A stretch of 64,000 nucleotides of DNA from Tubulanus polymorphus. Lineage: Eukaryota > Animalia > Nemertea. Made by a program: the position numbers and the translations under genes. The notes under the pieces are model-generated. The model was given only the letters and a program-made list of their open reading frames with translations. It searched no databases and had not been told where the DNA came from. The stretch covers positions 231,355 to 295,354 of the forward strand of contig NC_134030.1 in the NCBI RefSeq assembly GCF_964204645.1, read 5' to 3'. Positions 12,920 through 23,948 of this stretch are shown here, one piece after another (positions within the stretch are counted from its first letter, which is position 1; the number at the start of each line of letters is the position of its first letter).

Positions 12920-13662
12920 AGCTAGTGTAGTTTATTCAACGTTTCGACTTTATCCTAATAGTCATCTTCAGGAATACTGTATTCCTTGAGCTAGTGTAGT
13001 TTATTCAACGTTTCGACTTTATCCTAATAGTCATCTTCAGGAATACTGTATTCCTTGAGCTAGTGTAGTTTATTCAACGTTTCGACTTTATCCTAATAGT
13101 CATCTTCAGGAATACTGTATTCCTTGAGCTAGTGTAGTTTATTCAACGTTTCGACTTTATCCTAATAGTCATCTTCAGGAATACTGTATTCCTTGAGCTA
13201 GTGTAGTTTATTCAACGTTTCGACTTTATCCTAATAGTCATCTTCAGGAATACTGTATTCCTTGAGCTAGTGTAGTTTATTCAACGTTTCGACTTTATCC
13301 TAATAGTCATCTTCAGGAATACTGTATTCCTTGAGCTAGTGTAGTTTATTCAACGTTTCGACTATATCCTAATAGTCATCTTCAGGAATACTGTATTCCT
13401 TGAGCTAGTGTAGTTTATTCAACGTTTCGACTATATCCTAATAGTCATCTTCAGGAATACTGTATTCCTTGAGCTAGTGTAGTTTATTCAACGTTTCGAC
13501 TTTATCCTAATAGTCATCTTCAGGAATACTGTATTCCTTGAGCTAGTGTAGTTTATTTCAACGTTTCGACTATATCCTAATAGTCATCTTCAGGAATACT
13601 GTATTCCTTGAGCTAGTGTAGTTTATTCAACGTTTCGACTATACCCTAATAGTCATCTTCAG
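12920..13662 (-). ncRNA. Tandem array (11 x 69 bp) of minimal type I hammerhead ribozyme motifs, Penelope-like-element type
   Basis: Minus-strand unit: UAUUC-CUGAAGA-U-GACUAU UAGGAU A(U/A)AGUC-GAA-ACGU-U-GAAUA. This gives helix I UAUUC/GAAUA, core CUGANGA and GAAA, a helix II hairpin, palindromic ACGU helix III and a GUU cleavage triplet. First motif spans 12933-12976. Confidence 0.75.
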
Positions 13663-14042
13663 CAATGAAATCTACGAAATCACATAACTGGTCAAATGTT
13701 TTTTTTTTATTAACAAAAAAGTATATAAACAAATTGCTGAATAATTCAGTGTATCACATAATTACAAAGTGTATGAATTTCTGATGATAAATTCTTCCTA
13801 AACTTTGCGAGGAATAAATAGTTATTTGAGGGGATGAAGTCATATGTATCATAGCTATAAATATATCATACATACAAATATCTGATCAAATCATGTCAAT
13901 CATTAATACGTGATGAAAAAAACAGTGTATGATCTAATCCTACCACCCCCGTCCCCCTGGGGCGATAGACAGATTGCCATGACCTATCAATATATCTGTA
14001 GCTGATCATTACCTGCAGCCAGCACACATACACACTGAGTGA

Positions 14043-14426
14043 GTCAGTGTACTGGTCAGTCAGTGTACTGGTCAGTCAGTCAGTCAGTGTACTGGTCAGT
14101 CAGTCAGTGTACTGGTCATGTCAGTGTAGTCAGTCAGTGTACTGGTCAGTCAGTCAGTCAGTGAACTGGTCAGTCAGTCAGTCAGTGTACTGGTCAGTCA
14201 GTGTACTGGTCAGTCAGTCAGTGTACTGGTCAGTCAGTGTACTGGTCAGTCAGTCAGTCAGTGAACTGGTCAGTCAGTCAGTCAGTGTACTGGTCAGTCA
14301 GTCAGTCAGTCAGTCAGTCAGTGTACTGGTCAGTCAGTCAGTCAGTGTACTGGTCAGTCAGTGTACTGGTCAGTCAGTCAGTGTACTGGTCAGTCAGTCA
14401 GTCAGTGTACTGGTCAGTCAGTCAGT
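14043..14426. repeat. (CAGT)n / gtcagtgtactg compound satellite
   Basis: Visible repeats. Confidence 0.95.
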
Positions 14427-14775
14427 GATTATAGATAGAGCTCAGTAAGTACACACACTGGTGTATATGACCTTATACTGTTCGGTACGAGTGTAGGGTA
14501 TGAGTACACATACACATAGAATCACAAGTGGTCTTTTAGACTGTTCACACCTCCTGATAAGAGTGTCTCAGGATAAGTTCCTACAGCCATCACTTATCAT
14601 CACCAGTTAATAATATATATATCATCATCATTATTACTATCCGCGTCTTGTCAAAAAATGTCTCGAATTTCAATGAATTGTATGTCGAATGTTGAAAATT
14701 TGATGTCGATTTAAGTTATCAGTTAAATAGTTAATTAAACTGTTAAATCTATTGAATATTGATAGTATGAATATT

Positions 14776-15075
14776 GATAGTCCCACAGTCCAACAGCTGG
14801 GCCGATAGTCCCACAGTCCAACAGCTGGGCCGATAGTCCCACAGTCCAACAGCTGGGCCGATAGTCCCACAGTCCAACAGCTGGGCCGATAGTCCCACAG
14901 TCCAACAGCTGGGCCGATAGTCCACAGTCCAACAGCTGGGCCGATAGTCCCACAGTCCAACAGCTGGGCCGATATTCCCACAGTCCAACAGCTGGGCCGA
15001 TAGTCCCACAGTCCAACAGCTGGGCTGATAGTCCCACAGTCCAACAGCTGGGCTGATAGTCCCACAGTCCAACAG
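14776..15075. repeat. 28-bp minisatellite, about 10.5 copies
   Basis: gatagtcccacagtccaacagctgggcc repeated. Confidence 0.95.
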
Positions 15076-15367
15076 TTTTTGGAATCTTATTTAACAAGGA
15101 AACCTTGAACAAGGACCTGGATTTGAATAGTTTTCTTTTACCTTAAAAGTCAAGTAAAAACTGATTCGATTTAAACAAAATCTTTTAGGAACCTTTTAAA
15201 ATCTTGAATTCCATCTGCAATTTTTCATTTGTTTTCTCTGTTGTTCATTAATTTAAAAAAATCAAATTCGAAACAAGTGAATAAAACTTGTTACCAACGA
15301 AAATCGAAGGAACATTTATTAATGAACATTTAGGCTAAAAACAATTTATACCTTGTATCTCAGTCTG

Positions 15368-15511
15368 CAGGGGCCGGTTGCATGGTCACGGCTTTGACTT
15401 AATACCAGTCTAAGACCATCTTAGTTCTATAGCTAATCTAACGACTTAAGACCAGTCTTAACATTTAAGACCGCTTTTTGACTTAAGTCACGACTGTGCA
15501 ACTAACCCCTG
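15368..15511. mobile_element. MITE with terminal inverted repeats (family also at 28675-28795, about 34150-34270 and about 37053-37175 in opposite orientation)
   Basis: TIRs caggggccggttgca / tgcaactaacccctg; internal cttaag/taagacc repeats; reverse complement matches the spacer copies. Confidence 0.75.
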
Positions 15512-16035
15512 AGTTTTAAAGTTGACCCGGCCGGTAACGTGTACATTACTTTTTTAAAAATTATGATCAAGCTAACCACAGACCCGGCAGTTTTATAGAA
15601 ATGAACTGTGATTATAAATTTTATTGCAAAATGACCTCGGTTGATTACAACAGCATGAACAAACAGATAAATTATTGAAATCATCAAAATTCTTTCAACA
15701 AAATTATATGAATAATGTTACATTGGTCAAACTTGTGGTCAAATCGTCTTTAGTTGTGACCACGATCACTGAGATGTGATCTAACGACTTATCCTAATAA
15801 TGACTTACACTTAGTAAACTGAATTAGAAATAGAAATTGAGACTTAAAAATAGAGATGACTTCAGTAATGTAACGACTTATCCTAATGATGACTTACACT
15901 TAGTTAATTGAATTAGAAATTGATTCAAAATAGTGATTCAAATTATTTTTCCAGGGTTGGATATAAGTTAATTTATAAGTTACAAAGTAACTTTTGATGA
16001 TTTTATTCGGTTTTGAATAAACAAATAGAGAATAA

Positions 16036-16307
<272 letters not shown>

Positions 16308-17492
16308 AAGAAGACTCACAGTTTGTATAGTCGATTGACCCCGTACTAAACGCACTCAGTTCCACTGTCAGCTACTTGTTGCACACATAGCTGCATCTAA
16401 TGGCTTTTATACTGATCACACGATGAAGAGGGTGATGTCGCCGGTGACGCGTCGCGGGGGAGGGGTGGTAGCGGGAGGGTGGTAGCGGGAGGGTGGGGAG
16501 GGGTGGTAGCGGGACTGGGAGGGGTGGTAGCGGGAGGGAGGGGAGGTGTGTCAGTTCAGGATTCCGATAGATTTCGGTAACGCGTGTATCAAATCGGGTT
16601 TTCAGATTTATTACAAAATATAACGATTTACAATTAACTGTTGCAATTAATACATTTAAATATCGTAGCTCTTTTTGAAGTTTTGTATGATATTGTTTTC
16701 TGTTATAATCAGCTGCAGACAGCAGCAGTTGCGACTGGTGCCGTTCGTATCCTATCGTAACTGCTGTCGTCTGCAGGTGCACCGCACCAGTCGTAGCAGC
16801 TGCCGGTTGCAGCTGCATCGGTACCAGTCGAAGGTCACATGTCGTTACAGTTCCAACAGGTGCAGGAGTACCAGTATAAACACCTGCAGCAGCTGTTCCA
16901 TCCGGTACTAGCATCGCACCCTCTATTGGCAGACGGGGCGCCCTCTATTGGCACAAGTTCGTGTGGTCGTATAATTTTCTGAAATAAATTAAAAATTGAA
17001 TAAAGTTTCACCTGTAATTACTTCACTCAGTCCTGGCAGTAGTTGTCTCCACAGAGATCAGCGATCTCGGTGACAACAAAGACACGCACTCCCACCCGGC
17101 ACCCCGCACCCCCGCACCCCGCACCGCATTACAGGACAACACTTTCTTCAACCTTGATTCAGTTTATTCGACATTTTATGAATTAATGAGGTATAGACTG
17201 AATCGGGTTCGTTGTACTGTGCCGTTATACTAATCCACCCCCGCTCGTAACCACTAAATTACTCTTGGAGTAAAGTTACTCACTCTCTCTCCTGAGAACG
17301 TTTCGGTGTAAAGTGTTTTTCTATGAATGTTTAATAGTTGCACCGATAAGAAAAGTCTGGGTAGCTGCAGGTTGAGGTGAGAGTGTATCAGAGAGAGAGA
17401 GAGCCATGCTAGTTCTCAACATATAGTACGCGCATATTCCGGTAGACGGCGAATTCGTCGAACACGTCGCAATTTCTGTCGTGATGTTCCGC

Positions 17493-17628
17493 CGTGAGTG
17501 TCCAGTCGTGAGTGTCCAGTCGTGAGAGTCCAGTCGTGAGTGTCCAGTCGTAAGTGTCCAGCCATGAGTGCCCAGTCGTGGGTGTCCAGTCGTGGGTGTC
17601 CAGTCGTGAGTCTCCAGTCAGTGTCCAG
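17493..17628. repeat. 14-bp minisatellite (ccagtcgtgagtgt)
   Basis: Visible repeats. Confidence 0.9.
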
Positions 17629-17879
17629 CTAGAAAACAGCAGGCAGTGAGTGGAGCCTGTATTAGTGTTTGTTGTTGACCCGTGTCTACAGCGGTCACTG
17701 CTCTCAACTGAACCGTCCTCAGTATCAACGTATTTTGCAATAATCCACCATAATCCGATTAGTGCGGATTAGTAGTTCCGCGACGACTAACCTAAAATGA
17801 TACTTGTATTGTTCAAAAAAACTATTGTTTAGAGGGAAATTAGGATTTCACAGTGTGAACCTCAGGGTTCAATGGCCCT

Positions 17880-18110
17880 GTTTGTCAGCCTGTCTGTTGC
17901 CCGTCTGCCTGTCTGTCTACTCTGCTATCTGTCTGCCTGTCTGTCTATCTCTCTGTCTATCTACCAGTCTACTATCTGTCTGTGGCTGCCTGTCTGTCAA
18001 GCTGCCTGTCTGTCTGTCTGTCTCTCTGTCTATCTACCTGCCCGTCTATCTGTCTACAATCTGTCTGTGGCTGTCTGTCTGTCTGTTTGCTTTCCTGTCT
18101 ATCCGTCTGT
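17880..18110. repeat. Degenerate (TCTG)n microsatellite
   Basis: Visible repeats. Confidence 0.85.
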
Positions 18111-18703
18111 TCACCACGCTGTAAGCAGCACACACGTGTACGTAGCGTTAACGTAACGTAACGCTGTAACCTATCTTCAGGTCGTGCTCGCGAGTATCGA
18201 ACGCTTGGGCGTGACAGTAACATCGTCATCGTCGTTCAATACGTCATAACGTTAGCGTTAACGTAAACGTTGATTCGGAGATAAAGAAATAAAATACAAT
18301 CAAAGATGAATAGAGACGTGACGGATACGTAGCAACAGCGTCAACAAAATGAACGTCATTGTTGCATTTAGATCTCTTACGTGTAAACCCGTAACGTTGA
18401 AACCATAGCGACAACGGTAAGACTTTGTTGTTTATATTGTTATAGCTGTTGAGCATAAATTTGACAACGTTGCAATATTTTATTTTATTGTATTTTATTC
18501 TAACGGTTCAAACTTGCACTGTTGCGTCCTGTTCCGGTTCCGGTACCAGTCCAAACTATGACACGTGACCCGAGGGTTGTATTTTGTATTTCAAATTACT
18601 GAAATTTGCTGTGTGTTTCCTCCATAAAATCCCTCATGGTAACGAGGTGTCACCATGGTTACAGAGTATCTCCGCCGTTATGGGGAAACGGGTATCCTCA
18701 TCT

Positions 18704-19067
18704 TTATGGGGTATCCCATGTGGGTATTGGGGTATTCTCGTTATGGGGTATCCCATGTGGGTAATGGGGTATTCTCGTTATGGGGTATCCCATGTGGGTA
18801 TTGGGGTATTCTCGTTATGGGGTATCCCGTGTGGGTAATGGGGTATTCTCGTTATGGGGTATCCCATGCGGGTATTGGGGTATTCTCGTTATGGGGTATC
18901 CCATGTGGGTATTGGGGTATTCTCGTTATGGGGTATCCCATGTGGGTATTGGGGTATTCTCGTTATGGGGTATCCCGTGTGGGTAATGGGGTATTCTCGT
19001 TATGGGGTATCCCATGTGGGTATTGGGGTATTCTCGTTATGGGGTATCCCGTGTGGGTAATGGGGTA
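18704..19067. repeat. 37-bp G-rich minisatellite, about 10 copies
   Basis: ttatggggtatcccatgtgggtattggggtattctcg repeated. Confidence 0.95.
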
Positions 19068-19652
19068 TGAGAGGGTGAGGAGAGAGTGAGGAGAGAGTGA
19101 GAGAGGGGAGAGTGAGTGAGAGTGGAGAAAAGAGAATGAGAAAGTGAGAGAACAGAGAATGAGAGAGAGAGAGAGTGAGAGGAAGAGGGAGAGAGTAGAG
19201 GGAGATGAACACGGAAAGAGTATAAAGACAGTAGTATATGTATTGCGAGTAATAGTATTTAACAGTGTTGTGAAATATTGATTGATGGAATTCATTTTTA
19301 CAAAGAATCATGTAATAATGTATCATATGTGATTGTGTGTGTGGAGGCCTCAGGGGTTTAGATAAAGTCAGTAGTGTGTATGTATATATCCTTAGGGCTT
19401 TATTCTTTTCAGTTACCAGCTTGAAAAAAAAAATCCAATATTCCCGTTTGACTTGCAGTTTTATGGGGGTTCAGTTTTTTTGTTTTCGTTTCTACCGGTT
19501 ATGAAATTTCATATCATACAATGTATCATACAATGTATTTGTAGTTTAACGCAACTGTGTCCAATACAATGCATTTGTGTCATGATTGTAATGATTATTG
19601 TAGAACTTTATCAAAATTTTGAAGAAGCCACCATTATTATTTAAAGAGCAAT

Positions 19653-20178
19653 ATTAACATATTCAAATAATCTATATGACTCAGCAATTAACATATTCAA
19701 ATAATCTATATGACTCAGCAATTTACATATTCAAATAATCTATATGACTCAGCAATTTACATATTCAAATAATCTATATGACTCAGCAATTAACATATTC
19801 AAATAATCTATATGACTCAGCAATTTACATATTCAAATAATCTATATGACTCAGCAATTAACATATTCAAATAATCTATATGACTCAGCAATTTACATAT
19901 TCAAATAATCTATATGACTCAGCAATTAACATATTCAAATAATCTATATGACTCAGCAATTAACATATTCAAATAATCTATATGACTCAGCAATTTACAT
20001 ATTCAAATAATCTATATGACTCAGCAATTTACATATTCAAATAATCTATATGACTCAGCAATTTACATATTCAAATAATCTATATGACTCAGCAATTTAC
20101 ATATTCAAATAATCTTTATGACTCAGCAATTAACATATTCAAATAATCTATATGACTCAGCAATTTACATATTCAAAT
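19653..20178. repeat. 34-bp minisatellite, 15 copies, each with ATGACTCAGCAATT (ARE/AP-1 motif)
   Basis: att(a/t)acatattcaaataatctatatgactcagca repeated; TGACTCAGCA counted 15 times. Confidence 0.95.
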
Positions 20179-20237
20179 GATCGGCATTGAAATCTTCACA
20201 AATTAAGATTTTAATAGTTTTCTTTATTGTTGCAGAT

Positions 20238-21023
20238 ATGGTTGTTGGTAGTAACAATGTCGACCTAACGGTGGCGCCACTGAGATCTTCGCGACAAAAA
20301 CGTTGCGGTCAAATTCAGTTGTTGCTAGGCGTCGGGGAATTGATAACGATATTCGTGTTCGGGTCGACTGTAGTGAAATGGGATTCGATGATTTATGCAG
20401 TGCTGACCTCTACATGTATCGGGTTTAGTTTATATACAGTAGCGGGCACTCTGGCTGTTAACGCGTCTAAAGTCACTAGACATCATCGATGGGTTTCAGC
20501 TTGTCTCGCATTCTCCGTTCTATCCGCGATACATACCGTATTCCAGATATGTATCTGTGCGACGGTGGCGTCCCCTGTCCAGCAGTCCGGTAGTATCGTG
20601 ACCACGTGGGGTATAGCCGCTGCTGGTATGTTGTCTGTTGTAGAACTCTGTGTCAGTTCCGTTCAGATGTTAGAATGCTGTAATATGATGGATAAATTTT
20701 TCGAATATAAAGAATCGTCAACAGCGCCCCCTACATACGAGGAAATATACATGTCGACCACTTCCGGTTCCATATCGGACGTGAACTATAATACGAGTGC
20801 AGGGGGTGTAGCGGGAGTGCCCCCTAGCGGCAGTTACGTCAGCTCGGCTGCCAATAGTAAAATAGTCGGTGAACCTCCCCCGAGTTACGACGAGTTCTTA
20901 AAATATTTACAACAGCCTAAATTAAACCCACCGGGACGAACTCAAAATGAACCCGCAGATTCTGGCGGCAACCAGTCTACTGATACAGTTCCCGCGACAA
21001 CCAGTCCAACTACAGCGTCGTAG
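20238..21023 (+). CDS. CD20/MS4A-like four-transmembrane protein with two PPxY motifs (paralog 1), single coding exon
   Basis: ATG at 20238 follows a polypyrimidine/TGCAG acceptor ending at 20235. Four hydrophobic segments; TM1 GQIQLLLG and TM2 GFSLYTVAGTL resemble CD20-family motifs. Cytoplasmic tail has PPTY and PPSY. Confidence 0.7.
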   Translation: MVVGSNNVDLTVAPLRSSRQKRCGQIQLLLGVGELITIFVFGSTVVKWDSMIYAVLTSTCIGFSLYTVAGTLAVNASKVTRHHRWVSACLAFSVLSAIHTVFQICICATVASPVQQSGSIVTTWGIAAAGMLSVVELCVSSVQMLECCNMMDKFFEYKESSTAPPTYEEIYMSTTSGSISDVNYNTSAGGVAGVPPSGSYVSSAANSKIVGEPPPSYDEFLKYLQQPKLNPPGRTQNEPADSGGNQSTDTVPATTSPTTAS

Positions 21024-21889
21024 GCGAATAATGACGTCATAGATATCGGCCATTATTAACAGGTGACGTCACATATATGGATAAAATCCGTCGAATACGT
21101 ATCTTGATCGATATGTATCTGTATGTAACCATGGTAATTTGAAGATAATAGCCCCACCTGGCGGGCAAGCTGGTTATAATCGATGTAACCATGGCGATTA
21201 GAAATTCATAGCCCCACCTTGCGGGAAAACTGGTTATTGGTGCTAAATACACTTCAATAAATTCCTCAAATTAATCTAGGTTTTTTCTCTTTCTTTTGTC
21301 TACTTTCAATTCAATTCAATTTTCATAGATGTCACGTGTCATATTGATTGTTTCAAATTTGTGGATTTTCGAGTTTAAGTTCAAACTGTTTAATTGTTGT
21401 TTTAAAGATTTGTATTGTTTTCAGTAACGCCTGTTTGTATTTCATTTTTGTGAACATTTGTCTCTAGCGTTCGGGATTCGACAGTTCAACAGTGTTCAGG
21501 ATTCAGACCTGTGCAACTCAAGGAAGAACTGTGGAACTGGGTCGTGAACTGTGGAAGTGGATACAGAATTGTGGAATCGGTCTAATGTATTTTATGTATC
21601 GTGGTTTTTGTGTAGTGTTAGTAATAGTATGTCTAATGTAATATACTGTCGACATATGTAATCATAAAATCAATACTGTCGCCGACAGGTAAATTGTACA
21701 ATGTATCACTAATGAGTGTGAATGAGAATTAACACTAATGAGATTCTTGAAATAATTAAATATTAATATCACCATCCTGTCAAAATAGAACGCAATTTGT
21801 AAATTATGAAATTTATTCTATCGGGCAAGAATAGTCATAAACACCTGAAAATAAATCTGTTCATTCGTATCATTCGTATTGGTTTTTAT

Positions 21890-22414
21890 CTGTGGTTCTC
21901 TTAGCTGTCCATCCCCAAACAACCAGACAGTGACAGAGTTTCTTCCTGTAGTTCCTCTCTTAGCTGTCCATCCCCAAACAACCAGACAGTGACAGAGTTT
22001 CTTTCTGTGGTTCTCTGAGCTCTCCAGCCCCGACACTTGATAGTTTAAATCCTGACAGTGACAGAGTTTCTTTCTGTAGTTCTTCTCTGAGCTCTCCACC
22101 CCCGACAATTGATAGTTTAGATCCTGACAGTGACAGAGTTTCTTTCTGTAGTTCTTCTCTGAGCTCTCCACCCCTGACACTTGATAGTTTGAATCCTGAC
22201 AGTGACAGAGTTTCTTTCTGTAGTTCTTCCCTGAGCTCTCCACCCCCGACAATTGATAGTTTGAATCCTGACAGTGACAAAGTTTCTTTCTGTAGTTCTT
22301 CTCTGAGCTCTCCACCCCCCTACAATTGATAGTTTGAATCCTGACAGTGACAAAGTTTCTTTCTGTAGTTCTTCTCTGAGCACTCCACCCCCGACAATTG
22401 ATAGTTTGAATCCT
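21890..22414. repeat. 72-bp minisatellite (about 6 copies) plus two related 60-bp units
   Basis: tagttcttctctgagctctccacccccgacaattgatagtttgaatcctgacagtgacagagtttctttctg repeated. Confidence 0.9.
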
Positions 22415-23029
22415 AGTAATCTATCCTGTACTAAGCTTAATAAATCGGAATTTTACCCAGCACCCGTCAGTCAAAACATACCTTAAACTGACTCTAACAC
22501 GTACATGACACTAGCAGGAGTTTTGTGCAGTAGAAAACAATAGATTATCTGATATAATTTCATGTTCAGAAGGCGTTTTCCTGCGCGGTTCTTTCTGCTG
22601 GAGGTGATGTAGAATCGATTGTAACGCGGCTGATTCTGATGTGTGATGATGTGTTTTGGGTGTGGACTCTAATTCTAACAGTTTATGTAAGGCAAGGATA
22701 CCGACTGAGGAGATGTTGCTGTTATGAGAGGATAATGCGGATGAATGTCGCAGCTGATGCTGCTGATGAGGTTGGTAATTATCTGGTAAGTGTATTATGT
22801 AACAGATATCATCACCTGACACTTAGCTCAGTCTAGAGTTTATGCTAATTTTTTTTCACTTTCAATGATTCAAAATGTATTGTAGCCCAGTAAGTTTTGA
22901 GAGTAGCATCATGTTATATACTCTGTTTCCAATTATTGACACCTTTCTTATCTGCACTCAATCGAGACATAATTAATATAATTACTCAGATATTAACTGT
23001 AAGTCCGCAGTTACAAACAGATTCCCTTA

Positions 23030-23180
23030 TCACCAGTCTCCACCCCTGACCGGTCACCAGTTACCACACCTGTCTGGTCACCAGTCACCACACGTGACTG
23101 GTCACCAGTTACCACACCTGACTGGTCAAAAGTCACCACACCTGACTTGTCACCATGACCACACCTGACCGGTCACCAGT
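23030..23180. repeat. About 24-bp minisatellite (accagtcaccacacctgactggtc)
   Basis: Visible repeats. Confidence 0.8.
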
Positions 23181-23230
23181 CGAACGGCACTGACCATACT
23201 GACTTAAAACATGTACAATCACTACTGATC

Positions 23231-23470
23231 TATGGTCCAGTGGGTAGCATGCCCACCTGGCATGCTGGACGTGGCAAGTTCGAGTCCGGTTAGGTTTACG
23301 GGCGAGTTAGGGTTAGGGTTATTGGTGACTGACGCTGAAGGGTTAATTTTTTTGTGGAGCTAAGGTCACCACACCGAACACTGTCTAGGTTGATATATGG
23401 TCTGGTGGGTAGCGTGCTTGCCTGGCATGCTTGAGGTCGCAGGTTCGAGTCATCAGGGCTCTAGGTTAGG
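23231..23470 (+). mobile_element. Two tandem tRNA-derived SINE-like heads
   Basis: tggtccagtgg...gttcgagtcc followed by ttagggttaggg; second head tggtctggtgg...ggttcgagtc at about 23397-23452. Confidence 0.55.
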
Positions 23471-23948
23471 CCTATGTCCTTGGGTTACAATTATTTTGGA
23501 GGTTGGAGATTCTTTATTCTGTATTTGGTAGATGTTCCTCTTTTGACCCGAGGATCACCACCAGCCCTTGTTTTTGCGATATTGGACCGGATCGACGAGC
23601 TTTAACCCCGACAGAAACAACGAACTTAACTTCGTTAATTATAAAAGTTTCATCCATTATTTTCAGCGCATCCTCGCCGTGCAAGAGATGATTACAATAG
23701 AAACGACTGTTTGATGTCATAGAAACATAGAATAAAACAATTAACAAGCGAAAAACCAGCAAATACAAATAATGGGTGTATCCAGCATTCCGAGTGTATC
23801 AGCACTGTATCCAGTATCCCGGGTCTATCCAGCGCTGTATCAAGAATCTTGAGTATCCGATGGGTGTATTCCTGGCAGGTATCCAGCACCCAGAATCGTG
23901 ACTGTATCCGGTAAATAGTATCCGCGGTATCCTGGATGTGAATCAGGT

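Noticed and set aside
12920-13662. CRISPR-like appearance of regular repeats (also 1609-1898 and 19653-20178)
   Set aside because: Units are contiguous with no unique spacers, there are no cas genes and the context is eukaryotic
21818-22315. Cys/His-containing 24-aa repeat ORF (KKLCHCQD) resembling a metal-binding peptide
   Set aside because: Translation of a 72-bp minisatellite that is open in several frames; no start or splice support
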